From: Macrostomum hystrix
Lineage: Eukaryota; Animalia; Platyhelminthes
Direction of reading: 5' to 3'
NCBI GenBank assembly: GCA_950097015.1
Contig: CATNEN010000002.1
Coordinates: forward strand, 1,364,001-1,428,000
Length of the DNA: 64,000 nt
Below, one piece after another: positions 21,801 to 32,500 of the stretch. How positions within the stretch are numbered: the first letter of the stretch is position 1; each line of letters begins with the position of its first letter. Below the pieces are notes generated by a model that was given only the letters and a program-made list of their open reading frames with translations, ran no database searches and was not told the DNA's origin. Position numbers and translations under genes: made by a program.

Positions 21801-24202
21801 AGTCTTTCAATCCAGCGGCCCAGAATGCCTGTGGACTGCGTCTGCTTGAGCAGCCAGAGTAGGGCCTTATGGTCGGATCGAACTTCGAATTTCTTTCCAA
21901 TTAGATAATGACGGAAGTGTCGCATAGCGTCTACAATTGCAAGTAGCTCCTTCTTCGTGACGGTGTAGCGTTTCTCCGGTTCACGAAGTTTTCGGCTGAA
22001 GAATGCAATAGGACGTTCGACTCCGTCGGACTGCAGCTGTCCTAAGCAAGCCCCGATACGCACGTCGGAGGCGTCACAATCCAGGACAAACTTCACTGCA
22101 GGGTTACTAGTAAATTCAGGTAGAGCAAGAACTTCAGTTGAGCTTAGCTTCAGTTTCAAATTATCGAAAGCACGTTGATGCTCCGGCATCCATAGCTGAC
22201 GAAATCCTGCAATGTCCTTCTTAGTTAGGGCATGGAGGGGCGCAGCGATGCCGGCGTAGCCGTCAACGAATTTGTGATAGTAGTTTGCCAGTCCGAGAAA
22301 CTGCCGCAATTGCGTAACAGAACGCGGCGTCGGCCAGTCTCGAATCTGAGCAATCTTGTCCTCACAGGTCCTGAGGCCGTCGGGAGTCACGACGTGTCCT
22401 AGGTAGCGTAGCTCCTTGAGGAACAAATGACATTTCTTCGGCTTCACTTTGAGGTTGGCGTCGATGATGCGATTGAGCACAACTCGCAGGTTCTTCAGCT
22501 GGTCCTCAAAAGTGACAGAGTGCACTACGATGTCATCCATGTAGCCTAGCGCAATCTGAGGCGTCAGTCCGTCCAAGAGCTGGTTGATGCATCGTTGGAA
22601 ACTTCCTGGACTATCATGGAGACCCATAGGCAAAACGTTAAAACAAAATTGACCGCGATCGATGACAGAGAACGCTGTGAGGTATTGGTCGCTCTGGCGC
22701 AGTGGAATCTGCCAGAATCCTTGAGCGAGGTCGAGGCTGGAATACCACTGTGCGCCACGAAGCTTGGCGAACGTCTCCTGGATGTGCGGAAGTGGGTACG
22801 AGTGATACACGCACCGGTCATTGAGAGCTCGGAAGTCGTGCACCAGTCGGATGTTGCCGTCCTTCTTCGGGACGATGAGCATCGGCGAGTTGTAAGATGA
22901 GTACGTCGGCCGGATGATGTGTTTGGCCAACATCTCGTCAAGCAGTGCGTCGAGTTTGTCCTTGAGATGAGGCGGGATCCTTCGCGGCGGGAGCGCAACT
23001 GGTGTGGTGTCCTTCAGGATGATCTCGTGAGTCACCAGATGCGTTAGTCCTGCGTCGAGTTGATGTTTAGAGAACGCAGCTTGGCAGTCTCGGAGCAGAT
23101 CTCGCACTTGTCGATGTTGTTCCTCGGACAGTTGGGTGTTGATCTCGACGTCGTCCATCCAATTGCGGTTATTTGTTTCCGGCTTCACAGGTAGATGTCG
23201 CACTTCGCTCTCAGGCGTCTCAGAAAAGTACATCAGATCGGATGTTTTTAACGGCGTTGCGATGCCGATTCGGATGTTGATAGGCAGCACCAAGTCTTTA
23301 TCTGCTGTGTTGACAACTTCGATGAAGCCACATCCTTCTGGCATTGTCACCAGGGCCGGTGCCGCTTCTAGAGCCTTGCAACCAGGATGCAGCCTAGATT
23401 TGACGAGCTCGACGACTGATGGCGTGCCTCGGTTCTCTGGATGTCCTTCATCGAGTTTTACAGCAACGAGAGCGGAGCTTCTGGCTGGCAGGGTGCACTT
23501 CTCAGAGGTGTACACTCGGCAGGTTTGGAGCTCACGCCGGGAGTAGCGAACAGGGACACAAGTGCCGTTGTTGAACTTCAACATTCCTTGAGCGAAGTCC
23601 AACGTCTGGCAGTTGGCCCTAAGAAAACCTACTCCTAACAAATTTTCGCAATCAGCATAAGTAACGAGGAATTCGGTGTCCGCGACGAAATCGCCGAACT
23701 CCACAGGTAAAATAACTTTACAAGCAATCGGGAGCGTAGTCCCATCATACATGGTAACATGCTCAGGATACGCAGAAGATATAATACAACGCGGCCTTTT
23801 ACATTTAATTTTGGCCCAAGTAGACGCTCCGAGAAAGTTCCTCCTAGATCCACTGTCGATCAGGAAAGCAACTTCTCTTCTCGCTACTTTGCCAGTTACA
23901 TAAGGATCCGCGTCACGCGCATGGACTTGCTGTACAAAGGAGGTGTCCACGAAACCCCCATCAACATTGTCACTTACAGTTGAGGAGCTGTCGGACTGGG
24001 CAGCAGAGTCTGCACAGCCGGCTTGCTCTTCCTGAATTGGTGACTCTTCGGCGTCTGCCAAGTAGCCTGGGCTTGGACCTCGCGGAGGGCGGTGCCGTTG
24101 GCGCTCTCCGTCTGGCCGTTTCCCGAGTACTGATCTTGACGCTGCTGCTGGCGAAGCGGACATTTCGGACGCAGGTGGCCTGGTTGTCCACATTCGTAGC
24201 AA
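18206..24202 (-). CDS. pol: Gypsy Pol polyprotein (protease, RT, RNase H, long linker, integrase, C-terminal extension)
   Basis: Protease FLIDSGS; RT LDLAQGFWQ and YMDD; RNase H DASD, ELLAIV, DHKAL, NADALSR; integrase HHCC, DVVGP, TDQG, NGQVE. The order PR-RT-RH-IN defines Ty3/Gypsy. Confidence 0.97.
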   Translation of the reverse strand: MLRMWTTRPPASEMSASPAAASRSVLGKRPDGERQRHRPPRGPSPGYLADAEESPIQEEQAGCADSAAQSDSSSTVSDNVDGGFVDTSFVQQVHARDADPYVTGKVARREVAFLIDSGSRRNFLGASTWAKIKCKRPRCIISSAYPEHVTMYDGTTLPIACKVILPVEFGDFVADTEFLVTYADCENLLGVGFLRANCQTLDFAQGMLKFNNGTCVPVRYSRRELQTCRVYTSEKCTLPARSSALVAVKLDEGHPENRGTPSVVELVKSRLHPGCKALEAAPALVTMPEGCGFIEVVNTADKDLVLPINIRIGIATPLKTSDLMYFSETPESEVRHLPVKPETNNRNWMDDVEINTQLSEEQHRQVRDLLRDCQAAFSKHQLDAGLTHLVTHEIILKDTTPVALPPRRIPPHLKDKLDALLDEMLAKHIIRPTYSSYNSPMLIVPKKDGNIRLVHDFRALNDRCVYHSYPLPHIQETFAKLRGAQWYSSLDLAQGFWQIPLRQSDQYLTAFSVIDRGQFCFNVLPMGLHDSPGSFQRCINQLLDGLTPQIALGYMDDIVVHSVTFEDQLKNLRVVLNRIIDANLKVKPKKCHLFLKELRYLGHVVTPDGLRTCEDKIAQIRDWPTPRSVTQLRQFLGLANYYHKFVDGYAGIAAPLHALTKKDIAGFRQLWMPEHQRAFDNLKLKLSSTEVLALPEFTSNPAVKFVLDCDASDVRIGACLGQLQSDGVERPIAFFSRKLREPEKRYTVTKKELLAIVDAMRHFRHYLIGKKFEVRSDHKALLWLLKQTQSTGILGRWIERLSEFQFQISHRKGLDHCNADALSRRPDTPPVDFEFGQLNDHPDLLQGPAADLCNRRLGHQPQTETERAPEPEATATAALPLKDLARYSEASTDLDEDPEATASAALQPDIHRAIRRLNPELDDNLEATATAALPRSAHLTNVRKADLNTNLKATAPAALQPTAQHVKPISPTKHLDEDPEATASAALPDRSQTAMFGQQCKLMSTNRSFAEMSCPWYRGQHLATAAWSPLDPRSRQTAASGLVSKSTSPTKTLPIAKQPCTTSLNWPTTTITQASGDPPRCFAAGHQESPWRCSRGVCTAPSADFINSRATSRTSSPVRRSYAEACSQGSSEQLDAVNQSSPPTVQLTVETTTGVDNLKSQPCRVVLTDFLKPPVTREQLIAAQRADPAINFVLNLVENKAPKPKFDDRLRLTRDQRNLLGYYESLRVEDGLLVINPDNDRQSSRIVLPEALDVQVLQELHSSPLCGHLGQTKTIARLRERFWRPGLTRATETFISKCRTCLESKSRRKERVPVQSFPVCEVFGRIHCDVVGPIAQPSKGGHRYILTLCDATSKYPFAFPMRNQKAKTVIKLLQERLIAEYGVPCWIHTDQGTNFTGSAFKKFCDLYGIRHTTTTPYNPASNGQVENLNKQLKSVLTCLLERDHRDWDTFLPACLMALRSAVHPVTGYTPHFLVYGREFRLPIDNSLKKLPEYANLPEYVKDFQHRLDEATELAKNRLALHQQLRDEHYSSLPAAKTLKPGDLVFINNPTLQPDEAAKFHRPRKALYEVVEQKGEVVYKIKRKLPNPARRDEQVVHRRNLLLVPSADYALSDPELDARPRQRRRGSADGPGPATLPTVCEGPDDSDDEEDERPLRRWYFRQPSTMEIPPGEGPTTASTNQASSPRCDPLPYGDHQVSLSEMSVSVPALSPSVSLPPPEPPSLGAQKGDVSLPIAPDELEPLGFHRPIRDRRQPDRLVLDPRAKTYVSGVARRVCHLLPRCSPAMFPAKRQHEPRSDSSDEDRPTRRRRPTRPEAPPVRVRAIGAAAGQFEPFGGPRDAPSVPVHLRIGHPAASRAARENVPDPGRHPPSRMPNRQLTSATSRPTLPVETVDPILQGIRRIRMTQRAAAETPTMARQPLTPLNRDDWPPAQLLLSASPQIKLEPVTPPCTPPSPAPGMLLPTASPRQVDASTITEAGDGTAELRDTATQELARLITDAA

Positions 24203-25143
24203 ATGGTGACCTTTTGCGGCGGGCTCTGCGGTTGCGGTGGCTGCATGGCCTGCTGCATTGTCATCGAAAGAAACTGCTGCTGCCTTTCCATAGCCGTGAT
24301 GAGTTTGTTGATGGCGTCATTGATGTCTGGCTGAGGCTTGGAGTTACTGTCCTCCCCGTCCAACATCCTGACCGGGGGTTGGGCAGTACGGTTCGCCAGG
24401 TCTTTGGCGCTCTCCAGGCGATACAACTCCCGCACTGCAGCTAGGAGGTTGTTCGGTCGCTGCCAGTACAGTCGTTCTCTCAGGTCGGGTGTCGTGCGGA
24501 CGCCAGCTAGGAACTGATCAGCCAGCTCCTTCTCACGGTCTTCTGGATGCATTCTTGGGTAAGCTCGTTCTCCCAAGAGGCGCAGCGAATCAGCAAATTC
24601 ATCAGGCGACTCATTTTTACCTTGAGTTCGTCGACGAAATTGTTCACGATATTCGTCAGTTCCGGTGTGCCGAGAAAATCGCTCGATCAGACGGTCTTTG
24701 ACTTCCTGATAGCTTGCATAGCGCGGAAGATTCATGCTGAGCAACGCCGGATAAGCAGAGGCAAGGTCCAGACTGGCGATCATGTGTTGCTTCATCTCGA
24801 ACGGGTCGGTGATGCGCTCCATCTCACAGCGTTGTTCGAAGGCTGCGAGCCAGGTCTGGATGTCCTGTTGTGGCGTGTACTTATTGATCTTGACCTGCTT
24901 GGCTGGTTGTGGTTCAGCTTGCAGTTTCAGAGCCGTCATGATCGTCTGTAGGTCTCGGAGGTTGATTCTTTGGCTGAGACGGTCCAGATCTTCGAGCATT
25001 TCGTCGGGTGGGTCTTCTGATGATTCACTTCGTGCCTGGTGTCGGTTTCCAACAGTGTCAACTGCTGCTGCTGCTGCTGAACTGCTGACATAGCCTCGCT
25101 GGCCACTCTGAATACGGTCTTCTCGATCGGAATCTCGTGACAT
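23974..25143 (-). CDS. gag: Gypsy Gag
   Basis: First ATG at 25143 (MSRDSDRED). Capsid-like RRRTQGKNESPDEFADSLRLLGERAYP and zinc knuckle CYECGQPGHLRPKC. Confidence 0.93.
   Translation of the reverse strand: MSRDSDREDRIQSGQRGYVSSSAAAAAVDTVGNRHQARSESSEDPPDEMLEDLDRLSQRINLRDLQTIMTALKLQAEPQPAKQVKINKYTPQQDIQTWLAAFEQRCEMERITDPFEMKQHMIASLDLASAYPALLSMNLPRYASYQEVKDRLIERFSRHTGTDEYREQFRRRTQGKNESPDEFADSLRLLGERAYPRMHPEDREKELADQFLAGVRTTPDLRERLYWQRPNNLLAAVRELYRLESAKDLANRTAQPPVRMLDGEDSNSKPQPDINDAINKLITAMERQQQFLSMTMQQAMQPPQPQSPPQKVTICYECGQPGHLRPKCPLRQQQRQDQYSGNGQTESANGTALREVQAQATWQTPKSHQFRKSKPAVQTLLPSPTAPQL
24083..24124 (-). promoter_or_regulatory. -1 ribosomal frameshift signal (G GGA AAC plus downstream hairpin)
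   Basis: Heptamer at 24118-24124 in the gag frame, 7-nt spacer, stem CGGAGAGCG/CGCCCTCCG (24083-24110). pol is in the -1 frame. Confidence 0.8.
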
Positions 25144-25207
25144 TCTAGAACAATTGGTCTGTAGCCGATGTTGTCGAAAGGGCGGTTGGTTTGGGTGTTG
25201 TCTGTAG

Positions 25208-25229
25208 TCGAATCCCACCGCTGCCACCA
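25208..25229 (-). promoter_or_regulatory. Primer-binding site for tRNA-Leu
   Basis: The plus strand reads TCGAATCCCACCGCTGCCACCA, the 3' end of metazoan tRNA-Leu (AAG/UAG type) including CCA, 1 nt from the 5' LTR. Confidence 0.9.
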
Positions 25230-25230
25230 A

Positions 25231-26089
25231 TGTTGTACCGGTCGTCCTGCTAACAATGAGGATCCGGCGGACTCCAATATGAAGTCCAAGAATATCAGGT
25301 AGTGTAGTAGTAGCGCTGCCACCAGGGCGTCAGGACTTCTGCCTTCGGTGAGGTGAAGGATCCTTGGCCCGAAAGAAACGAAGTCACAAAGTCTCGAGAA
25401 GCACACAGTGCAGAGTTCCAGTTGCAATTACAGGCTGTCAGTGTCCTGCGTAGCTCGGATGGTGGGGTGGAAGGCTAAGTTAGTTTCAGGGCTTAGCCAG
25501 AACAGAGCTTACAAGCAGTCACATGCAGAGACTGAAGTAGGAAACTTAGACACTGATGGCACAGAGAACAAGTTAAGAACGACGGTTATCAAGAGAAGGT
25601 TTAAACAAGGGATGCACAAGGGATAGAGAACCAGAGGAGCGGGGCCTTTCTTTTATAGGCAGGGGCCTCCCATAGGGTCAGTGCTACGTTAGAAAGCACG
25701 TGATGGGCTCACGTGGTTTCTAAAAATAGCAACTGACGTCAGTGGCGCCAAAACGTCACTCCTACGTAGGCTCCTGTCCCATAATCAAAGCCCCAAGTGC
25801 AGTAAACATGTTTACGTGCACTTTAGGAGACAAAGAGAGAGGCCAGTCACATGAGGAGAATCATGCGCTGACTGAGTGCAGACAAACGCGCACACAAAGA
25901 AAGGGACTGGCCAGCGCGAGACAAAGAGGTGATGACTCATCCCTGGGGGAGAGACAACACACTCTAAGTGCAAGCGCTGCCGTGGGAAAGGGAGGACAAA
26001 GAGGGCAGACCGGACAGCGCCAGAGAGGGCGGGCCGGACAGCCACTCAGTGCCGGGAAAAGGGAGCCACCTAAGCTACGGCTCACTACA
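25231..26089 (-). repeat. 5' LTR (859 bp) with TATA box and enhancer-like motifs
   Basis: Minus-strand TATAAAA at 25651-25657; CACGTG at 25697 and 25710; TGACGTCA at 25734; TGACTCA at 25933. Confidence 0.97.
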
Positions 26090-26561
26090 TATTATATATT
26101 TTATGTTTTTGCTCTTTGTTAATGTTCATAAATTTTTTAAGTAATGAATATAATGCATTACAAGTTTATGTTTTTTTTTCATTTTTTATACAACCTTATG
26201 CTTAAAACAATGTTCAATACTAACCAAATTTTTAGTCTTTTTTGATTGGCTTAATTTGGCATAATTGGCTGAATGAAGAAAGCATGTCTAATTTCTTCTG
26301 GTGTATGGCCTGCATGATCTAGACCAAGGCATGACTTTGACAATCTAGTTTTTCATGGCTTTTAGACTAATTATTAGGAAATATATAAACATGTGCACAA
26401 TTATATATTTATAATTTGTGCAGATTTTATATGTCAAAGTACATATATAAATTGAGCTACTAATTGAAGATAAAAACTCCTAAAATATGGTAACATTTTG
26501 AGTTATCATAAAACTATTTTCTCACTCTGTAAAGTCTAAAGCCTAAATATTTAGAATTTAA

Positions 26562-29500
26562 ATGATTGCAGTTGCTCAACCAATGCATCGGACAGCCCAG
26601 CACCAGCCTACACACAGAGAGCTACAGTCAAGGAACAATAAACTACAAATTGCAACCAATAGCAGCTCAAAGAAGTGCACATTGGATTCTAAAGTATTTT
26701 GCGAGCCTAGCAGACAAGAATTGTTATTAGCTCGACAGGCTAGCGATTATTACTGTAAGAATCGTTTAGAAAAATGTCAAGCAGCTTTGAATTGGTTAGC
26801 AGTCTGCAATGGTAATCAGCCGGCATTGTTGATTAATAAAGCACTATTAGTATTTGTCATCAATGGCGGTGCCAGTTTGGATGCCTTTCATCGCAGCTTG
26901 AAACTGGCTGCTGCGGCAACATCTAGTAAATCTATTGAGAAACTGTTGCTACATGAGTTTGATGCGCAGGTAAATACCAAATTAGGCAATTGATTTAGGA
27001 CACAGCAGTGTTCTGTAGTTTTGTTGAATCAATAAAATTGTCTCCTCGCTGGCTGCAGATCTTATGTCACCAAATGATGCTTTATTGCCCATACCATCCT
27101 GTTTGTAATGTTACTTAATTAATTATATTAATTTCCTAATATTAACACTAGGCACTAACTATGAACGTGAATTCCACTTATACAGTACAGCAAGTACAGT
27201 TATTTGCCACCCAAAACTCTTTTGATTAGCAGGCATCCAGCCATGACGCAGATGAAGTATTCGATCCGGTGTTCTCTGCTCTCATCTACAATTGCGCCCT
27301 AGTCGAGCACTATCAGCGAAGACACTACAAAGCCAGACGCTTGCTAGAAGTGGCTCTATCGTTAACTTCGCCAGATAATCGCCTAGGTCGAGCTGTTCGC
27401 CTACTACTTCTAGACAATCTGCTCAATCAGCTTTGCCGTCCAGAAGCTGCTATGGAACTATTAGACGATTCGGAGAGGAGTGCTAATTGGTGCATTATGG
27501 CTAAACTGCCTAAGCAGGCTGCCATATTGAAGGCCATGGTTGAATTCGCCTGTTTAAAGAATAACAATTTGTCATCGAAAATCGCAACAGATGCCGATGT
27601 TGATTCAATTGATGCTGGATCAGCTGGTGATGAAGGGGAACTGAATTTGTACAGATTGGCATTAGCTGATGCCAGGATTGAAGCTGCTTTGCAGTTGAAC
27701 GACTTCGACAATGCTGCTAGCCTTATGGATGCTATGGAAAAAGATGTACGTTGTTTATATTCTACTTTAAGTAGTTAATCAGGGTCTAAGGTTTTTAACC
27801 AATTGCTATTGCTAAAATCGACCCAATTAACAGTAGAACTACCAGGGCGGGTAATTTCCCCCCCTGACAATTTTTTTGCTGCACCCGAACGGAACAATGC
27901 AAGCACACGAAACTCAAGAACACGGGCCAACTTTTTGTTGCGCATCTTCTGAAACAAGAAACAAGTTGCCAGCTCTTCAGACCGTCGAGATATTCAATGT
28001 TTCTGGCCGAAGGTCCGATTTTTCCCATAAGAGCTAGTGTATTTCATACACCCCTATACACGAATTTGCACTGCGCCTCAGTGCGGCCTTGCCAGACCTT
28101 CAAACTTTATCAGCATGTCAACCGAATGTGCTTGCATCATCTCCGACTTCGGCGGTCACCGACCTTTATCTAGATCTATCTCTCTTATCTATCTAGACCT
28201 TCAAGAGCTACAACAGGTGGAACTAGGCCACTATGGACACCCTGACGCGAATTTCTCCAATTTCACTGTTCAAGCCTAACTATTAGGCGCAGCTCAACCA
28301 CAGGACACCCTCGACTAGTCTGTCAACCAATCAGTCACCCCTAAAGCGTTCAGGCGCTCGCAAAAACATTTTCAGGGGGGGGAATTCCCCCCCCCCCTTG
28401 GTATAAAAACGGGCGGCAAAATGGCTTGGTAGTCCTACTGTTGATCAATTTACAGTAGGGGATGAGTGGCAAAGCGGTCTAACGCGTTTACCACTCGCAC
28501 CGAGGTCCCTGTGCTCGATATCGCGGCGAGGCCACAAAAATTACGCCATTGAGGGCCAGCACGATAAAAGTGTACACTGCTTGACAATGAGAAAGTGTGT
28601 GTCTGCCTACAGTGTGCGTGTGTGCTCAGGAGTATGCGGAATCTGAATGAGCAAGAGTTGCCTGTTCGCTGGCTGTGTGTCTTCTATCGCCAAATATGAC
28701 TTATGAGCAATCTCGTATCATTATCATTATCATTTTGAACAGGTGAAACTCATTGGGCTCAATGGAACTTCAATGCTTTCTCATCTTCAACGCTTGCTCG
28801 AACGCCGTGCTCAGCTGTACTATTTAACTAACGATAACGCTAAATCTGCCAGTCACCTGCGTGATGTCCTCGTTGAAGTTCCCGACTGTCTGACCGCCCG
28901 TAACAACTTGGCCTGCGTCTGTATGCGTCTTGGCAAATATAATCTAGCGAATCAGTATCTGAGGTCAGCTCTGCTAGCTAATTCCAAAAATTGCTCCGAG
29001 TTAATCCGACTAGCTGAGCAAGAACAGCTGCCGCAACAGGCTGATAAGCTAGTTATTGCCTCAGCTTCTACTGCTGCGAATAAGGAACTATTGGTAACTG
29101 GTAGGCACCATGAGCTTATGCTCAATCTTGGCTTGGCTCTGCTGTTTAGGTAAGTTATAGGGCTAAGGATTGCAAGGTTTCAAACGTATCGGAATTAGTA
29201 TAGCTGCGTCCTTCAAATGTTTAGCGGGTTAAAACGGCCCATTTTAGGGTGCCTACGTATTAAGAAGTTTCGTTTTTTGTGAGCTTTAAATAAATGCATT
29301 TCTCATTCAAGCCATCTCAAATATATCTAAGGAAGTTGGGTTATTCAATAATTATATGAACATTACACGCAACAATTCACCGAGACTACAAATTTAGTAA
29401 ATTAGTATGCATTTTCAATACAAGTTCTCTATACAGCCAGTAGCTCCCAAATACTCGGTAGGTCGCCCCACCCGCCCAACTGTTTTCCCCAGCTAATGTT

Positions 29501-32500
29501 AGTTACCATTTTACGACTGGGTAAACTGAAGCAACTTGATATTGGGTCTTGCACTCAAAGAAACAGTTGGTTGGGATTCGAACTCAGGACCTCAAGGTTA
29601 GGAGTCTATAACCTCCTAAACTAAGTTCGCTATATCCTGCTATTTTCAATAAGTATTTAAAATTAGTCTAATGATACAGCTGCACTACTCGTGTTCCACA
29701 CACTAAGTAGTCTAACTGAGTTTCTACAACATTTTTTCAAAACACAGCGGCAAGCCGGCGCAGGCGTTCGACTGCATTTTGGAGCTGGCTAACGCAAATC
29801 CTGGCAATCCCCGACTTTGGCTTCGCCTAGCCGAGTGCTGCGTTCAGCACAATCTGCACCTGGACGCTGGCACTGCTAACTCGAATTCGAAGCTTCAATC
29901 AATTGGCTCTGGCAGGCATAGGAAATTAATCCTGGGATCGTTTGAGCCGGCTTCTCGCGGCCTCTTTAATTCGGCATCCTCTGCTATGCCTGCACCAACT
30001 ATTGAATTTGCCTGGCTTTGCGCTGAAAATGCCCTGACTCTGCTGCCCAATGAGCCAGCTGATCTTGCCGCCAATGCAGACTATGCCACTTGTTTGACCG
30101 CTTGGGCCGAGTCTGTGAGTACCACTCGTGGTCTAAGTCTTTAGTCATATGTTCCTAATGTTCCTTTACTCATTCACAACTTTTGTTTAGTTTAGTTTTG
30201 AGAAGAAGAAGAAGATGGGGGGTGTGAAAATTAGACCGAAGGAATTTCGTAAAAAAACAAGTCGTAATCAAACCCATTGTTTTATCTTTTCTTCTTCTCT
30301 TCTTCTATCTTCTCTTTCTCTGTGTTTCTTTCTCTTGTTTGTTTGTCTTATTTTCCTCTTTGCGCATGTATGTTTGGGTCGGATTTTATTTATCATTAGG
30401 GACATAGATTGGGTTCATTCATAATTAGGATCATAAGAAGATTGAGTTCATTTATCATTAGGGACATAGATTGGGTTCATTCATTATTGGGATCATAAGA
30501 AGATTGAGTTCATTTATCATTAGGGACATAGATTGGGTTCATTGATTATTGGGATCATAAGAAGATTGAGTTCATTTATCATTAGGGACATAGATTGGGT
30601 TCATTCATTATTGGGATCATAAGAAGATTGAGTTCATTTATCATTAGGGACATAGATTGGGTTCATTCATTATTGGGATCACAAGAAGATTGAGTTCATT
30701 TATCATTAGGGACATAGATTGGGTTCATTCATTATTGGGATCATAAGAAGATTGAGTTCATTTATCATTAGGGACATAGATTGGGTTCATTCATTATTGG
30801 GATCATAAGAAGATTGAGTTCATTTATCATTAGGGACATAGATTGGGTTCATTGATTATTAGGATCATAAGAAGATTGAGTTCATTTATCATTAGGGACA
30901 TAGATTGGGTTCATTCATAATTAGGATCATAAGAAGATTGAGTTCATTTATCATTAGGGACATAGATTGGGTTCATTCATTATTAGGATCATAAGAAGAT
31001 TGAGTTCATTTATCATTAGGGACATAGATTGGGTTCATTCATTATTGGGATCACAAGAAGATTGAGTTCATTTATCATTAGGGACATAGATTGGGTTCAT
31101 TCATTATTAGGATCATAAGAAGATTGAGTTCATTTATCATTAGGGACATAGATTGGGTTCATTCATTATTGGGATCATAAGAAGATTGAGTTCATTTATC
31201 ATTAGGGACATAGATTGGGTTCATTCATTATTAGGATCATAAGAAGATTGAGTTCATTTATCATTAGGGACATAGATTGGGTTCATTCATAATTAGGATC
31301 ATAAGAAGATTGAGTTCATTTATCATTAGGGACATAGATTGGGTTCATTGATTATTAGGATCATAAGAAGATTGAGTTCATTTATCATTAGGGACATAGA
31401 TTGGGTTCATTCATTATTGGGATCACAAGAAGATTGAGTTCATTTATCATTAGGGACATAGATTGGGTTCATTCATTATTAGGATCATAAGAAGATTGAG
31501 TTCATTTATCATTAGGGACATAGATTGGGTTCATTCATTATTGGGATCATAAGAAGATTGAGTTCATTTATCATTAGGGACATAGATTGGGTTCATTCAT
31601 TATTGGGATCATAAGAAGATTAAGTTCAGTTATCATTAGGAACATAGATTGGGTTCATTCATTATTGGGATCATAAGAAGATTGAGTTCATTTATCATTA
31701 GGGCCAACCTCCAAGGCACAGTTAGAGTGTACACTGCCTGACAATGCGAATGTCAGGCCAGATGTACACACCTGTGTGAGCGTACGCCTGCGCACGGTAT
31801 CTGTGTGCTTGTGTGCTCAGGAATCAGCGAAATGGGCAGAATTGCTGGCTGCGGGTCTAGTGTCACCAAATTATGTGCCATTGACCGCAGCCCTCCTGCA
31901 AATATTATTATTACTAGTAGGATGATAGAGAAGATTAGGTTAACTAATCGTTCGGATCTTAGATTAGGATCATTATTATGAACCCAATCATCATATTACA
32001 GATAAAGCTAGCAAATGCAATGACGCCAATCCTTTATCGCAGGTGAGTTTGCCCCTTAGTCCTGGGCGCGGCACATTGCGCGGCCGTGCCCTATTGGAGT
32101 TCCGCTGCTCAGCTATGACCATAGCCGCCTACTCTGCTCTGCGACTGTGCGACTTTGTCCAAGCTGCGGCCATTTGTCGTCAGTTGTTGAAGCAGCCGTG
32201 CCTGTCGGACTCACAAGCCAGTCTTTGTCGGAGCTATCTGGCCCAGGCCTTGGCTAATTTGCAGGTATGAAGTATATTATGGAGGCTATTAGCATCTAGT
32301 CTACTTGTAGATAATTGTCGTCTCTAATTCCATTTTATAAATTGATCTGAATACTAGCTTGGGTAGAAACTCAGGGGGGGTGTGGCGCCGCTCTCCACCA
32401 GTCCATGGACTAAAAAGTTGTACGCAACCTTTAGAATAGATTTTTAATTACAGCGGCTGCGCCACTGGCTGTATGTGTCCCGATCGGGTATCGAGTAAAC

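Larger units (their letters stand above)
16733..26089 (-). mobile_element. Full-length Ty3/Gypsy LTR retrotransposon (9357 bp)
   Basis: Paired 859-bp LTRs with TG...CA ends, 4-bp TSD TATT (16729-16732 and 26090-26093), PBS, PPT, gag, and an uninterrupted PR-RT-RH-IN pol. Confidence 0.98.

Noticed and set aside
28037-28279. Extra CNOT10 exon
   Set aside because: Exons 2 and 3 already join in phase and give a full-length protein; this ORF lies inside the MITE-like element.
30392-31702. CRISPR-like regular repeats
   Set aside because: Units are head-to-tail without unique spacers, there are no cas genes, and the DNA is eukaryotic.
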